Assembly: GCA_000004985.1 (NCBI GenBank)
Contig: GG738915.1
Strand: one strand, 5' to 3'
DNA length: 64,000 nt
Origin: Naegleria gruberi
Lineage: Eukaryota
Shown in pieces: positions 20,066 to 30,707 of this stretch (the first letter of the stretch is position 1; the number at the start of each line of letters is the position of its first letter). Below the pieces are notes generated by a model. That model did no database searches. It saw nothing but the letters and a program-made list of their open reading frames with translations, and was not told the DNA's origin. Position numbers and translations under genes: made by a program.

Positions 20066-20584
20066 TTTTTTTCTACTATTAAAACAACACTACGAGAAAG
20101 AACATTGAACAAGCAAGTTGGTAAGAGATGTTTTCGTATGACGTACTCAGGACGTCAGCAGAACATTGTAAGTGAGGGAATTTTTCAAATTCATTCATCA
20201 TTCTAAAGCAATTCACAGAAGAGTGTTACAAGTTTCTCAATTACAAATTCAAACAACCATTTCTTGGAAATGTTCCCTTCTTTTTCGTCATTTACAAGGG
20301 AAACTCAAGAACATTTCTGTCAGAATAATCTGCTGGTATGCAATGTGGCAACTGGTTTCTGCCATCTCCCAATCAAATAGTAAACAAGACATGAGAATAT
20401 TAAAATCCCGACCACCTAAACCTGTTGAATATCTTCTATCTCTTCTTTTTGGGGTTGCCGTCAAGAAAACCGGTTATGCTCTGACCAATCTGAAAGCCAA
20501 GCTGATTGTATATTGGATAGTGGTGCGGCTTAAAGATGAAAGTAAGGCAACAGACATAAATGATTACATTGTCTTTCACAATTG

Positions 20585-21397
20585 TTATAATTTATTTCTC
20601 GAATTAATGAATTGTTTCTTTTTGAGTTCGTAACAATCCATCCAACTATTGAAGAAAATATTAATTTCGTCATCAGTGTAATTTTCAGATGGATGGCACG
20701 AAGACAAAGGAGAGGAAGGAGAAGAAAGGGAATCGAATTGGGAGGTTATGGAGCAAGTTGTTGTGGAGGAGTATGGTGTAATTGTCGAACTAGTTAATGG
20801 AATGACTGGTGTGGAAACTTCAGAAGAAGTTTGAACAATATTAGAATTAGAACGGTGTCTAGTGTTTTGAGTCGTACGGGAATCAACAGTAGCAACAGAT
20901 GACGGCTCTTCTGAATCGCTTTGAGAGAATTCATCACAACTAGCACTTATTTCAGAGGAACTCTTTGGAGTAATAGGCATACCAGAGATTTCTGTGGTAA
21001 TATCATTCAAATTGCTGGTGCATGGAGTAATGATGATTGGTGAGTAAATTGAATCTTGTGATTGAAGATTGAAAGAGGAGCAAACTGGAGTTAAAACAAG
21101 AGGAAAGTCTTCCAAGTGACGACGTTTGGATTTTTGAGTTTCCTCCAATCTGTTGGATGGTCGTTTTGTGGACTTGTTTTCCCTCTTCCTCATTGAATAC
21201 TCCTTACCATTCTTACACACAGTTAGGATGAGAGAAGGTTTTGGACTCGAATTACTCTGCAGACAGGACTGCAGAGTTTTGGTAGTTGATGATTTTTCAG
21301 TTTCTTCACAACTGATGAGTGAAGAACATGAAACTTTACATTGTTGTTGAACATCAATAACATTCTGTTCAACTTGGCATAATCTTGCATGAGCCAT
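20585..21397 (-). CDS. Ser/Thr-rich hypothetical protein (~271 aa)
   Basis: Reverse-strand ATG at 21395-97 in aaaaaaacaacaATG context. The frame stays open up to the 154-N gap, so the true N-terminus could lie in the gap. Low-complexity S/T/P-rich sequence. Confidence 0.45.
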   Translation of the reverse strand: MAHARLCQVEQNVIDVQQQCKVSCSSLISCEETEKSSTTKTLQSCLQSNSSPKPSLILTVCKNGKEYSMRKRENKSTKRPSNRLEETQKSKRRHLEDFPLVLTPVCSSFNLQSQDSIYSPIIITPCTSNLNDITTEISGMPITPKSSSEISASCDEFSQSDSEEPSSVATVDSRTTQNTRHRSNSNIVQTSSEVSTPVIPLTSSTITPYSSTTTCSITSQFDSLSSPSSPLSSCHPSENYTDDEINIFFNSWMDCYELKKKQFINSRNKL

Positions 21398-21416
21398 TGT
21401 TGTTTTTTTCAATGGG

Positions 21417-21570
21417 NNNNNNNNNNNNNNNNNNNNNNNNNNNNNNNNNNNNNNNNNNNNNNNNNNNNNNNNNNNNNNNNNNNNNNNNNNNNNNNNNNNN
21501 NNNNNNNNNNNNNNNNNNNNNNNNNNNNNNNNNNNNNNNNNNNNNNNNNNNNNNNNNNNNNNNNNNNNNN
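21417..21570. other. assembly gap (154 N)
   Basis: Run of n. Truncates the Ykt6 gene and possibly the 5' end of the gene at 20585-21397. Confidence 0.99.
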
Positions 21571-21918
21571 TAATGTATATGTTGACTTTGGATATTTCTT
21601 TTCATACTCAACAAGTACTTTATAGAGTAATGAAAAAGCAACTCTAGCTGGATAATCACTATCTGTAACAATAACAGCACTTAATTGACTATCCACTCTT
21701 GTTTGTACATAACAAGTGTATTCATCCTTGACAATTTGTTGTCTTGTTCCTGGAGGATTTTTATCCGATAATAATCTAGTAATAAATACAACATATTCAC
21801 GAACAGTACCACGTTGAAAGAATCCGAATGAAGATAATTCATCATAGCCGGCCAAAATAACTGATTTGCTATTTGCTGTTGTTGGCTTGTAGAGAACGTG
21901 AATGGCCAATAATTTCAT
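21571..21918 (-). CDS. YKT6: Ykt6-type longin-domain SNARE, 5' part only (3' end lost in the assembly gap)
   Basis: Reverse-strand ATG at 21916-18. MKLLAIHVLYK...SSFGFFQRGTVREY...YPARVAFSLLYKVLVEYEKK closely parallels the Ykt6 longin domain (MKLYSLSVLYK..SSFSFFQRSSVQEF..YPSRVAFTLLEKVLDEF). The SNARE motif and CCAIM tail are missing because the ORF runs into the N-run at 21570. Confidence 0.8.
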
Positions 21919-22278
21919 TTTTTATTATTAGAGTTTTAAATTAATTGAATACCGACAGCATCATCATGCTACAACAATACATATTCTAAGTTTATGTTTG
22001 CCTCAAATGGAAAGAACATGTCTTTCCAATTAATATCTTTCTTCATCATCATCATGATTATCAATATGAATTAATCTCAAATAATAATATATATTTCAAT
22101 TTCACCCTTAACAAAGAATTCATACTCAAAGCTCCACATAATAATATTAATATTCTCAATACCTCACATTAATCTCTAATGTGAATGCAACTTTCATGTT
22201 TGCATCTCATCTCAATCCAAAAAAATCACTGACGATAAACTATTCAGGAATTTCTAAATCAAAAAAAAGGCCTCACTT

Positions 22279-22416
22279 CCCGTACGAGGCTTTATTAGCT
22301 GACTTGTTAAAGTACGAACCAAAGTAACCTCTCCACACTAACTTTATAGTTTAGTTGAACAAGTACGCTGTGATGATCATCTATTTATGTATTGGCAATT
22401 TGAAAAACCATTCTTG
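22279..22416. promoter_or_regulatory. conserved non-coding block set P (CCCGTACGAGGC ... GTTAAAGT-n7-AAAGTAACCTC ... AACCATTCTTG)
   Basis: Shares three short blocks with 27674-27803. It lies between the Ykt6 start and the 3' end of the gene at 22838. Function unknown. Confidence 0.25.
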
Positions 22417-22669
22417 TCAATCTCAATATGTATTATTCAATCAAAAATCCAAAAATGAGTATTGGCATTTGAATTTTACAAATATGTGATTCCGTAAATT
22501 GATAAATACACTTTATTATACAAATAACAGTTTACAAAGAGAATATTCTTCAGTCGTGTGATTCACAACTTGAAAAAAATATCGGCACACATCTTACCAT
22601 CATCATTGTGTCTTGGTCGCGACCACACAGAACAAACAGAGGATTGTGATGATCACAATAATATACAGT

Positions 22670-22795
22670 ACTAATAATGATAATAATAATAGTGATAAAA
22701 TAGATAATAATAATATGCTGAATAATAGTGATAAAATAGATAATAATAATTAATAATAATAATAATAATAATATACAGTGAATAATATATAGTAG
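22670..22795. repeat. (TAA/ATA)n microsatellite with a ~44-bp unit (aatagtgataaaatagataataataat) repeated twice
   Basis: Directly visible tandem structure in the 3' flank of the gene at 22838-24499. Confidence 0.8.
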
Positions 22796-22837
22796 TAGTC
22801 AGTTGGTAATTAATAATATCCAAGAACAGTGATCCTG

Positions 22838-24499
22838 TTATTTAAGCAGCGGAATGATATCAAATTCATCATCAGCAGTTCCAACTTGTTGAACATCTCT
22901 CTTTTGATTGTCTCTGAAATTTTCCCATTGATCATCTGTCTTGACAACTTTAAAACAGTAATGGTCGAGAATATGTTCAAAATCTTCTTTCCACGCATTC
23001 TTAACTCTGGTTATGTTGAATTGTTTACAAATGAATCGTATTGCAACTCCAGGTTGCCTGGTTTTGGCTAGGAATCCCATTTGTTCGGAAGTGAAAAGAA
23101 CTCTTCTTCCTGCCAATCTAATTTCAGCTGGTTGAGATATTATTTTGTACTCTTTCTTGACCTTATCTACATAATTTGTAAAAAGCTTGTAGAAAAGCTT
23201 GTGAATTTTCTTTTCAGCCTTCAATTCTACCTGTAATTGCTTAATTTCTGCATCCTTCTCTGCTAGTTGCTGCAAAAGATAACTATTAACAAACATTGGT
23301 TGACTATTGAACATTGGTTGGTTAAATGATTGGCTAGTTTCAGGATTATTCATCAAGCCAAGGAAACTAACTTGATTTTCATCAACAAATGAACTACCAC
23401 TAATGTTATCACCGACAGTAATACTACTACTACTACTACTACTACTACTGCTACTGCCAGCACTACCAGCACTACCAGCACTACCAGTACTGCCAACACT
23501 ACCAGTAGAAAAAATTGGTTGCTCTCTATTATTGGTCTGTTGTGAAATCAAAGGTTGAGGACAAGTAACATCTTTTGGAGTTGTGGAATTATTCAACATT
23601 GATGGATTCACATTGGATGATGATGAACTTAAATGAGGAACTATGGAAGTGGTAACCTTATTTTCAAATATGACACTATTGTCAACTTCATCACTTTCAT
23701 TTTGAAACTTGTTTTGGAATTGAGTAAAGGTCATTCTATTGGTGGCTGCCTCATAATTAACACTCATGCAGGACAGGTTCCAATCTTCTATTTGATTGGG
23801 AAGCAATTCATCACTGTAGTACTTGTTACAATCTGGTACCAGTGATGTAATTACCACTCTAACTTTGCCAGATTCATCACACCCAGTCATAGTGTAGCCA
23901 TTAGCAATATGAACGAGTTGTTTATCCAATTCTATACCCAAACATACATTGGTACCAAAGGAAGGGGTTGAAGTGAGCTGATTTCTTGTCATTAAGTTTG
24001 CTTTGACAAAGGAGTCCTTATCCAAAAAGCTTTTCAATTCATCCTTATGACTGAGGATTGTACTCTTGTGTTCTAGAATGGTGGTTAACAGAGCTGTCTT
24101 GTTGCCAGAGTATGACAAACTAGTAGAGCTGTATTTACTACATGATATGATGAAAGCCTTCAAAAAGTCACTTTTAAATTTCAATTCTTCCAACAATTTA
24201 ACAGTACAATTAGTGTGCTCTAGATTTGCAATTAATTTGGTGAAGGATTGATTATCACTTGCTTTCAGACCATCTTTCCATGGTAATGGTTTAGCCTTTT
24301 TTAAAGGTTGTACAACTTGAATTTGTTGATCAACAGTGGATGATGATGTAATAGTTTGTGATGTTTGTGTAGGAGGATGGAATTGAAATTGTTGAGATGA
24401 TGATATTGTGGCAGGTGTAGGAAGGCTAGCCTTTCTCTTCTTACCTCTCTTTGTTTTAGTTTGGTTCGGATCGAACTGAACGAAATGCAGTGAAGACAT
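22838..24499 (-). CDS. low-complexity hypothetical protein, 553 aa, probably nuclear
   Basis: Reverse-strand aaaaaATG. KRGKKRK basic NLS-like cluster. Poly-Ser and GSAGSAGSAGS tract encoded by (AGT/ACT)n repeats at ~23400-23500. Coiled-coil-like segment. No family recognised. Confidence 0.55.
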   Translation of the reverse strand: MSSLHFVQFDPNQTKTKRGKKRKASLPTPATISSSQQFQFHPPTQTSQTITSSSTVDQQIQVVQPLKKAKPLPWKDGLKASDNQSFTKLIANLEHTNCTVKLLEELKFKSDFLKAFIISCSKYSSTSLSYSGNKTALLTTILEHKSTILSHKDELKSFLDKDSFVKANLMTRNQLTSTPSFGTNVCLGIELDKQLVHIANGYTMTGCDESGKVRVVITSLVPDCNKYYSDELLPNQIEDWNLSCMSVNYEAATNRMTFTQFQNKFQNESDEVDNSVIFENKVTTSIVPHLSSSSSNVNPSMLNNSTTPKDVTCPQPLISQQTNNREQPIFSTGSVGSTGSAGSAGSAGSSSSSSSSSSSITVGDNISGSSFVDENQVSFLGLMNNPETSQSFNQPMFNSQPMFVNSYLLQQLAEKDAEIKQLQVELKAEKKIHKLFYKLFTNYVDKVKKEYKIISQPAEIRLAGRRVLFTSEQMGFLAKTRQPGVAIRFICKQFNITRVKNAWKEDFEHILDHYCFKVVKTDDQWENFRDNQKRDVQQVGTADDEFDIIPLLK

Positions 24500-24546
24500 T
24501 TTTTAAAAAAAACACCAACTCCACAACAAGTGACACTTTCACCATA

Positions 24547-27019
24547 ATGAAAGAGAAGAGCAATCATTCTAAGGCTTGGTCTGAATCAACTTCATACAAC
24601 GTTTACAAGAGGAGTAGTACGAATAAGCAACAACAGCCGAATCGTGATGGCCCCAACCATATGAATATTTCTTCTTTTAATATCATCAATGGAGAGTGCA
24701 ATGCTCAACCCTGCAGATTGTTTGATAGGCATCAAGAACAGATTACCAAAGACTATCTTCCAACTTTCATTAGGGATCTGAATGCTTATATGCAAGCAAA
24801 CTCTATCAATTACCAACTCAATTGTCCTCAACAACAACAACAACAGCCTCAACAGCCTCAACAACAACAACCATCATTACCTCAACAAATACCCATTCAT
24901 CCAATAGATAATTCATCACTACCTGCTTCTCCATCATCATCACCAGCATCAACACCATCATCATCAATATCAAATGGAGAATTAGGAGGACTGGACATTA
25001 TGCATGACGATGAATTATTAGATAATCTTGATTTCATGGAAGTTTGGAGAGAGAATTCACTGAAAACACTAAGAAAGCAACTAACAAAGAAAAAGGATTG
25101 CTCTATTGGCAATAATAACCAGCTATCCGATCTATTGTTCGATTTATTATCATTCTATACCGATTCCAACATTTCAAAGGTTAACATGAGACGAATAGTT
25201 GATCTCTTTAACAAGTACTCGGCGATTGGAAAAAAGATTCCAACCCTAGATACTCTCATCAGTAGAATTCACAATGTCAACAATGAGTATGAAAAGGTGT
25301 TTTATTGTTCAAAGCATTTGACAATTATTAAAGGTGAAACTCTGAAGGCTTGTTCCTGCGAGCAGTGTAGTGTTGAGGGTGTATTGAACAAGGAGAATAT
25401 TCAACACTTTTGGACTAAAAGTATTGCCTCGTGCATATCGAATATGGTTGATAGGGTAGGCTTGAGAAGATTCCAATCACACCTATCTGCAGCTACTGAT
25501 ACGAACATTCCTACAGTGGGCCAGAAACATTTCATTAAGGACTGTGTTGATGGGGTCGAGTATAAGAGAATTACAGACAAGTGGGTCATTCGAGATGATC
25601 CCAACACTATTTGCCTCACCATTAGTGCTGGCACTGATGGTGGCTCTGTCAACAAGTCCAACTCTAAATCCATCAATCCTCTCTTCTTTTGGATAAATGA
25701 GATTGGATTGAAACACAGATTTTCCTATCCATTGACTTCATTGGCAGCATATGCAAACCACAAAATACCCTATCAAATACTCTTGTCCAAATTTATAGAT
25801 GAACTCAATGAATTGGACAAGGGTTTGACTATTGTTACCAAGGGAGGATGTAAATTCTTTCTAAAAGTAAGTTGATTGTGTGATTCATTGGACAACAAGC
25901 CAATTATTATTATTATATACATGTGAAACAAATAATTGGATTTGTTACTAGGTTCGCCTCTTTCAAATGATTGTCGATTTGGTTGCTGCAAAAGATCTCT
26001 TGCAAATCAATGGTCACTCGGGCCTGTGTGGTTGTAGATGGTGTCTACATACAGGAGAAAAGAAGGGAGAAAACACTGGTGTATTGTATTGTGTAGGAAA
26101 TTCGAGTTGTAATAGTGGAGTCAATAGAGTTTGGAATAACATGATGCCACAGTTTTGCAAGTTGCAAAAAAATGAGATTTCTTCCTTCGATGGTGTGATT
26201 GGCATTTCAATTCTCCTCAAGCTCAGCTATTTTAGATGGACTACTCAGGTAGCCTGTGATATTTTGCACAATCTTTTAGAGGGTCTTTGTAAAAAGATTT
26301 TGAAGAATATTTGTTCATTGTACAAGACTTTAATTCCCAGCATTGATGGTAAGTATTGTGGTGAAGGAAAAATATGAACTCAACCCCTTGGTGTTTAACA
26401 ATTGAAAGAACGCATCAAACTTATTGAAACTCCATCCATGTATCACAGAGAGATTCGTTCCTTGAATGAGGCTGCAAAGTTCAAAGCTATTGAATACTAC
26501 ATGTTGTTTGCCTATTGTAAGGATGTTTTCAAGAATATTATTTCTGAAAACCACTTTAACATTTTAAAAAGTGTCGAAACTTTTATAGGACTCATCATGA
26601 ATCCTAGTGAGAAGAGTGAGCAAGCCAAGGCAAGTCTATTGCAAATGGCATTCAACTTGCTGCGAAGTGTGGAAATTGAATTTGGTGAGGAGGATATTAC
26701 AATGGCCTCTCATACTGTTCTTCACTTTCCATTGTAAGTACTCTACTAGTTATTCAGAATGCAACAATTTCATATAATATTGATTGTTTTAAAACAAGAT
26801 CGATATGGAATTTGGGCCCTCTCTATACCAAACTCTACGTTCATGTTGGAGGATTTGATGGGCTCTCTTACTTCCTCCATCTATGGAGGAAAGGCCAACA
26901 TGGATCATAAGGCTTTGGAGAATTGGTCCATTCATCAAATGACCAGTTTGAAAAGGGTGAGACAATTCACACTTCCAATACGAACATGGTTTGTATCTTT
27001 TTTTTTCAAAGGTTGCTGA
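24547..27019 (+). CDS. transposase-derived protein, Transposase_21 + DUF4218-like (CACTA/EnSpm - KDZ superfamily); 4 exons (24547-25866, 25952-26348, 26409-26733, 26758-27019)
   Basis: Poly-Q/S N-terminal region, then CxxC clusters. The SAGTDGG...S.WP...INE...P block, and FFLK|VRLFQMIVDLVAAKDLLQINGHSGLCGCRWC (parallel to the EnSpm TnpD motif F.LRA.L.W.I.D.PA..L.G....G..C..C), are restored only after removing an 85-nt GTAAGT...TACTAG intron. Further GTAAGT introns of 60 and 24 nt keep the frame into a DUF4218-like tail (YGIWALSIPNSTFMLEDLMG). The assignment is from remembered family motifs, not a database search. Confidence 0.55.
25867..25951 (+). other. predicted 85-nt intron
   Basis: GTAAGT donor overlapping the ORF end. 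TTGTTACTAG acceptor. Splicing restores a conserved transposase motif. Confidence 0.6.
26349..26408 (+). other. predicted 60-nt intron
   Basis: GTAAGT...TTAAC...GAAAG, phase-consistent (phase 1). Confidence 0.5.
26734..26757 (+). other. predicted very short (24-nt) intron
   Basis: GTAAGTACTCTACTAGTTATTCAG. Phase-consistent and needed to continue into the DUF4218-like region. The length is unusually short, so it could instead be a disabling lesion. Confidence 0.35.
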
Positions 27020-27116
27020 CACTCATAATGTTTAGATATTGTTAAATTTTCCAAGGGTATTTTTCAAATTGTTAAACGGTAAGTAGTTTCATGTCATGAT
27101 AATGATTAATGATTGT

Positions 27117-27240
27117 ATCACTATCACCACCACCACCACCACCACCACCACATGAATATATTATTATCAATAATTCGTCGTCTCATCATCAACATCATCA
27201 TCTCATCATCATCTCATCAACATCATCATCATCAAATAGA
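27117..27240. repeat. (CCA)n followed by (CAT/ATC)n trinucleotide microsatellites
   Basis: caccaccaccaccaccaccacca, then runs of catcat/atcatc. These generate the poly-P/H/S low-complexity ORF 27109-27408. Confidence 0.8.
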
Positions 27241-27673
27241 CAAAAGGAAGGAGGATGGAAATTATTAAACTTGTTGGATAATTCAATCATGATTCAGGAT
27301 CATCTTTCCACTATTGATGCCATTCCTTGCTTTGCTGTTACTGGTGGTTCTTCTAGTGGTTCTCCTCAATACCTTCCTGTACACAGAAATGACATGTTTC
27401 TATTGTAATGTGTTGAATAATAAATTTAATGAAATATTTATTGTAATATTATATTTAATTATTACATTGTAATGACAATTGAATATTTATTGAAAACATT
27501 GTAATAACATTCCAAGTTGAATCCACTTTAATCTTTACATTTTGGGTTTTATTCAAGTCCAAATTGGTCAATTGAAAAAGTATAATAGGCAATGATTAAT
27601 TGGGATTCAGAATCGATAGAGTGTACAATAAGCTTACTTTTCAAAGAACGCAAGCGACCTCTCTTCCTGTACT

Positions 27674-27803
27674 CGTTAAAGTTAGGGTGAAAGTAACCTC
27701 CCAACGTACTTTCAAAAAAGCCTCGTACGGGTTCCTTCACCATCAAACCACATACAGAGAAAATTTACAGTAATTTTTAAGGATATTAGGTTGAACCATT
27801 CTT
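27674..27803. promoter_or_regulatory. conserved non-coding block set Q (GTTAAAGT-n7-AAAGTAACCTC ... GCCTCGTACGGG ... AACCATTCTTG), 135-265 bp upstream of ATG 27939
   Basis: Same blocks as 22279-22416. The GTACG palindrome block is in inverted orientation. Spacing between block 1 and block 3 is ~100 versus ~119 bp. Confidence 0.25.
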
Positions 27804-27938
27804 GATCGGGCACTTCTTAAGGAAACTCTGAGAGTATATCATTGTGAATTATTGAAGATTGTTTAAATTATTAACTACATCCCGAAGAAGGAGTGTAGAA
27901 ATTGTATCATATTGTATAGATAGCTAAACATAAGAAGG

Positions 27939-29631
27939 ATGAGGAATTTTCGACAATACAAATCATCGACTGTACAGGTATCTCCACGAAATGGTGGGTA
28001 CGTTCATCATCCTCATCCTCCATCAACAGTGAAACATTCAGCTGCTGATGGAATGAATGCATCTCCCAACAAGGGAGAGAAAAAGACATTTTCTGAAACA
28101 ATGAGTGACAACTCTTCACAGCCCAACACTAGTGCTGTTGAACCATTGTGGCTGTATGGATATGCATACTTTTCATTGGATAAAACTATATGGGGATTGT
28201 TATTGGATTTGGAGAAAAAGTTTGATGCTGGTCAAATTGACAAGATTCAATCACTTCCTTCACCTTCATCCTCTCTTAATAGTGGTACTTTCACTTTTCA
28301 ACCTCCAAAACCAAGTGTGAGGATAAAACAATTGAAACCAACAAATATTGAGCTTCTGAATCAATCATTTATGGATTATTCTAATGCCAACTTTAAAGAG
28401 TGTTTGAAGAATATTCAAATTTTGATAGAACGAAAGATTTCCATGTTTACCGACACAACAGAGGACAGATATGAACTGAATTTATCTTTATCTCTATTTT
28501 CAATTATCATTCTGAATTATTCAACTGTTTTGTCAACTCAATACCAGAGCTTTCACAACAGCATGGAACTATTGAAAGTTGGAGAAATGATGCTGAAACA
28601 CTTCAAGAGCGACCAATTGAAAGATTATTTCACATCTCTATTCAGCAGTGCCATGTGTAATTATTACAAAAAAAGAAAAAAATATAACATGATGTACAAA
28701 TATTCCAAACAAGCCTATGAAATGTACAGTCAAACAGGAACAAGCATTTATGCTCAATATATTTTGCAAACGTATGCCACTAGTTGTCTCTTTCGCAAGA
28801 AGTATGAGGAAGCAATTGAGTGCTTTGAAAATAACATTTTTTTGTACAAAAACCAAATTCCAAGCACTTCTGTACAAACAAGCTTGCTAGATTATTTCAA
28901 TAGAATTTTGACATTCATTTGCGACAATGAGTATTTCATAATTATTAATAAGTGCTTTAATACCTTCAATTATGGTGTGGCACTATTTGAGACGAAACAG
29001 ATGGTTCCTAGTCGATACTACCTCTTTCAAGCTATTGATATAATGAATCACCACCTCAGTTCCCACCACGATATAATTATAGAGAAACGATGGCTCAAGT
29101 CCATGATTAAGGTGTATAGAATTGTGACCTCTATTTGTGAAAACCAACCATACAATGATTGCAACATTTCCATGCATGCAATTTTTAATAAGGGAAAACC
29201 AATGGTGGATCCACTCGAGCCAGCATTTAAAAACGAAAGGTACTATATTACCACACTGAACAAGGCAATACACTATGTCATTCTAGAAAATGAAAGACAA
29301 GAAGTTATGGCAAGAGCAGAGATTGACGCCGAGGAATATAGGAGAGTGAAGAAACTGGTTAGCATACTCCCCCTTTTGAAAGTGGATCCATATTTTGGTA
29401 AAATTATGAGCATTGAAAAATCAGTTAAGGAGAAGAAACAAACCATTCCACAGGCCATGTCCTTTGCTAAGAAAGCACTCAAATCTTCGAAAATATTTCT
29501 CACTCCTCTAAAAAGACCTGAAGAAACAACATTGGATGAAAGTAATAATATCCTCAATAATTCATTTCTACTCGATGATTATGGATATATTTCAAAGACA
29601 CCTTCAGAATCACCAAGATCTGCTATCATTA
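27939..29631 (+). CDS. hypothetical protein, >564 aa, 3' end lost in a 50-N gap
   Basis: ATG at 27939. Long uninterrupted ORF running into the N-run at 29632. S-rich N-terminus. No family recognised. Confidence 0.55.
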
Positions 29632-29681
29632 NNNNNNNNNNNNNNNNNNNNNNNNNNNNNNNNNNNNNNNNNNNNNNNNNN
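29632..29681. other. assembly gap (50 N)
   Basis: Run of n separating the gene at 27939 from repeat copy B. Confidence 0.99.
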
Positions 29682-30350
29682 TCTTCTGAGTGGATTTTTA
29701 GTATTAGGAGGTTTCTTTTACGTTTATGGAAATCTTGGTATATTGAATACCATACTGACTTGTCTATTTACTGCCTCTGCTATATTGGTAGGAGTTGCTT
29801 CCAGTATGCTCCTGATAAACACTCATGTAGGTTTCTAATTATTTAAAATTTGAACAAAATCAATTAGTATTGTGGGAAATTAATGCTGCAAACACTTGTT
29901 AATGGAAGAAAACAAGCCATGACACTTTCCTCATCTCCACCACAATTGAAAGAAAGTTATGATTTGAAAACAAGAGCCCTCAAGAAAGTGTGGAGTATCA
30001 TTATTGTAGTTACACTAACTTCTGTTTTTCAGATTATTGGATTTATTTTCACTCCATTATCAATGGTGGATCATTTTATGATGAGTGGATTTCATATATG
30101 TTACAATATATCAATAATGGTCCTTGTAGTTCTGTATTTATATTTATATGGACCTGTGAAGGAATTTCAACAATTATTCGAAAAGAGAGATTCAAAAGAT
30201 TTGACAACCATTGTGACTGCATTCGATTCAACAGGATCTGAACGGATTCAGAAAGGATTAACCTTATCACATGTTTCGCCTGTGTCTCCTACCGATAGTG
30301 AAATAACCTCCAGACAGGAATTGTTTCAGATAAAAAATTCTAGGATTTAA
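29682..30350 (+). CDS. 7TM GPCR-like gene, copy B (5' part lost in gap); exons 29682-29826 and 29868-30350
   Basis: About 99% identical to 13516-14184. Differences in the coding part are 5 synonymous and 2 nonsynonymous (K/Q, T/K). Same 41-nt intron. Confidence 0.5.
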
Positions 30351-30707
30351 CAAAATACTTTATTAAGACATGTTGAATAACTTTAAATCTGAATTATTAC
30401 TAATATTAATATTCAATTCATTATGTTGCATAACAGTACTTTGCAACATTATGATGGAAACTTAAGTTGGAGCAGATTACAACAGTGGAATGATAAGACA
30501 AGATATCGTACTCAATTGATTTCTTACTAATTACACTAATTGGTAATTATGCTTGATTCCAGTTCTACAGTATTGTATGGATTCAAAGATTGTAAAGTTT
30601 CATTTCTATTTACTAGTATCAAACAATTAGAAAGTTGAAAATAGACTTTCAATTCTTCCACTATCCTTCTAATTATCCTTTGAATCACGACTGAAAAAAT
30701 CAAAAAA

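Larger units (their letters stand above)
24547..27019 (+). mobile_element. relic or domesticated CACTA/KDZ-type DNA-transposon gene with no terminal inverted repeats visible
   Basis: Transposase homology as above. The upstream flank is only 48 bp from the divergent gene's ATG and no CACTA-type termini were seen in the 0.9 kb downstream. This is therefore probably not an intact element. Confidence 0.3.

Noticed and set aside
20172-20633. 153-aa plus-strand ORF between two minus-strand genes
   Set aside because: It starts with GTG, has no A-rich ATG context, and overlaps the 3' end of the gene at 20585. It is most likely a chance ORF in a promoter or 3'-flank region.
24460-24490. ggttcggatcgaacc palindrome, checked as a possible tRNA T-arm
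   Set aside because: It lies inside the coding sequence of the gene at 22838-24499 (..FVQFDPNQTK..) and lacks the rest of a cloverleaf. No tRNA-like GTTCGAATC box was found anywhere in the resolved sequence.
27109-27408. 99-aa ORF rich in Pro, His and Ser
   Set aside because: It is generated almost entirely by (CCA)n and (CAT)n microsatellites, with a poor start context. It is treated as a simple-repeat region rather than a gene, though a low-complexity exon cannot be excluded.
24547-27900. Search for CACTA-type terminal inverted repeats around the transposase-derived gene
   Set aside because: The only CACTA strings are inside microsatellite-driven sequence (e.g. 27117) or coding sequence. 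No inverted pair frames the gene.
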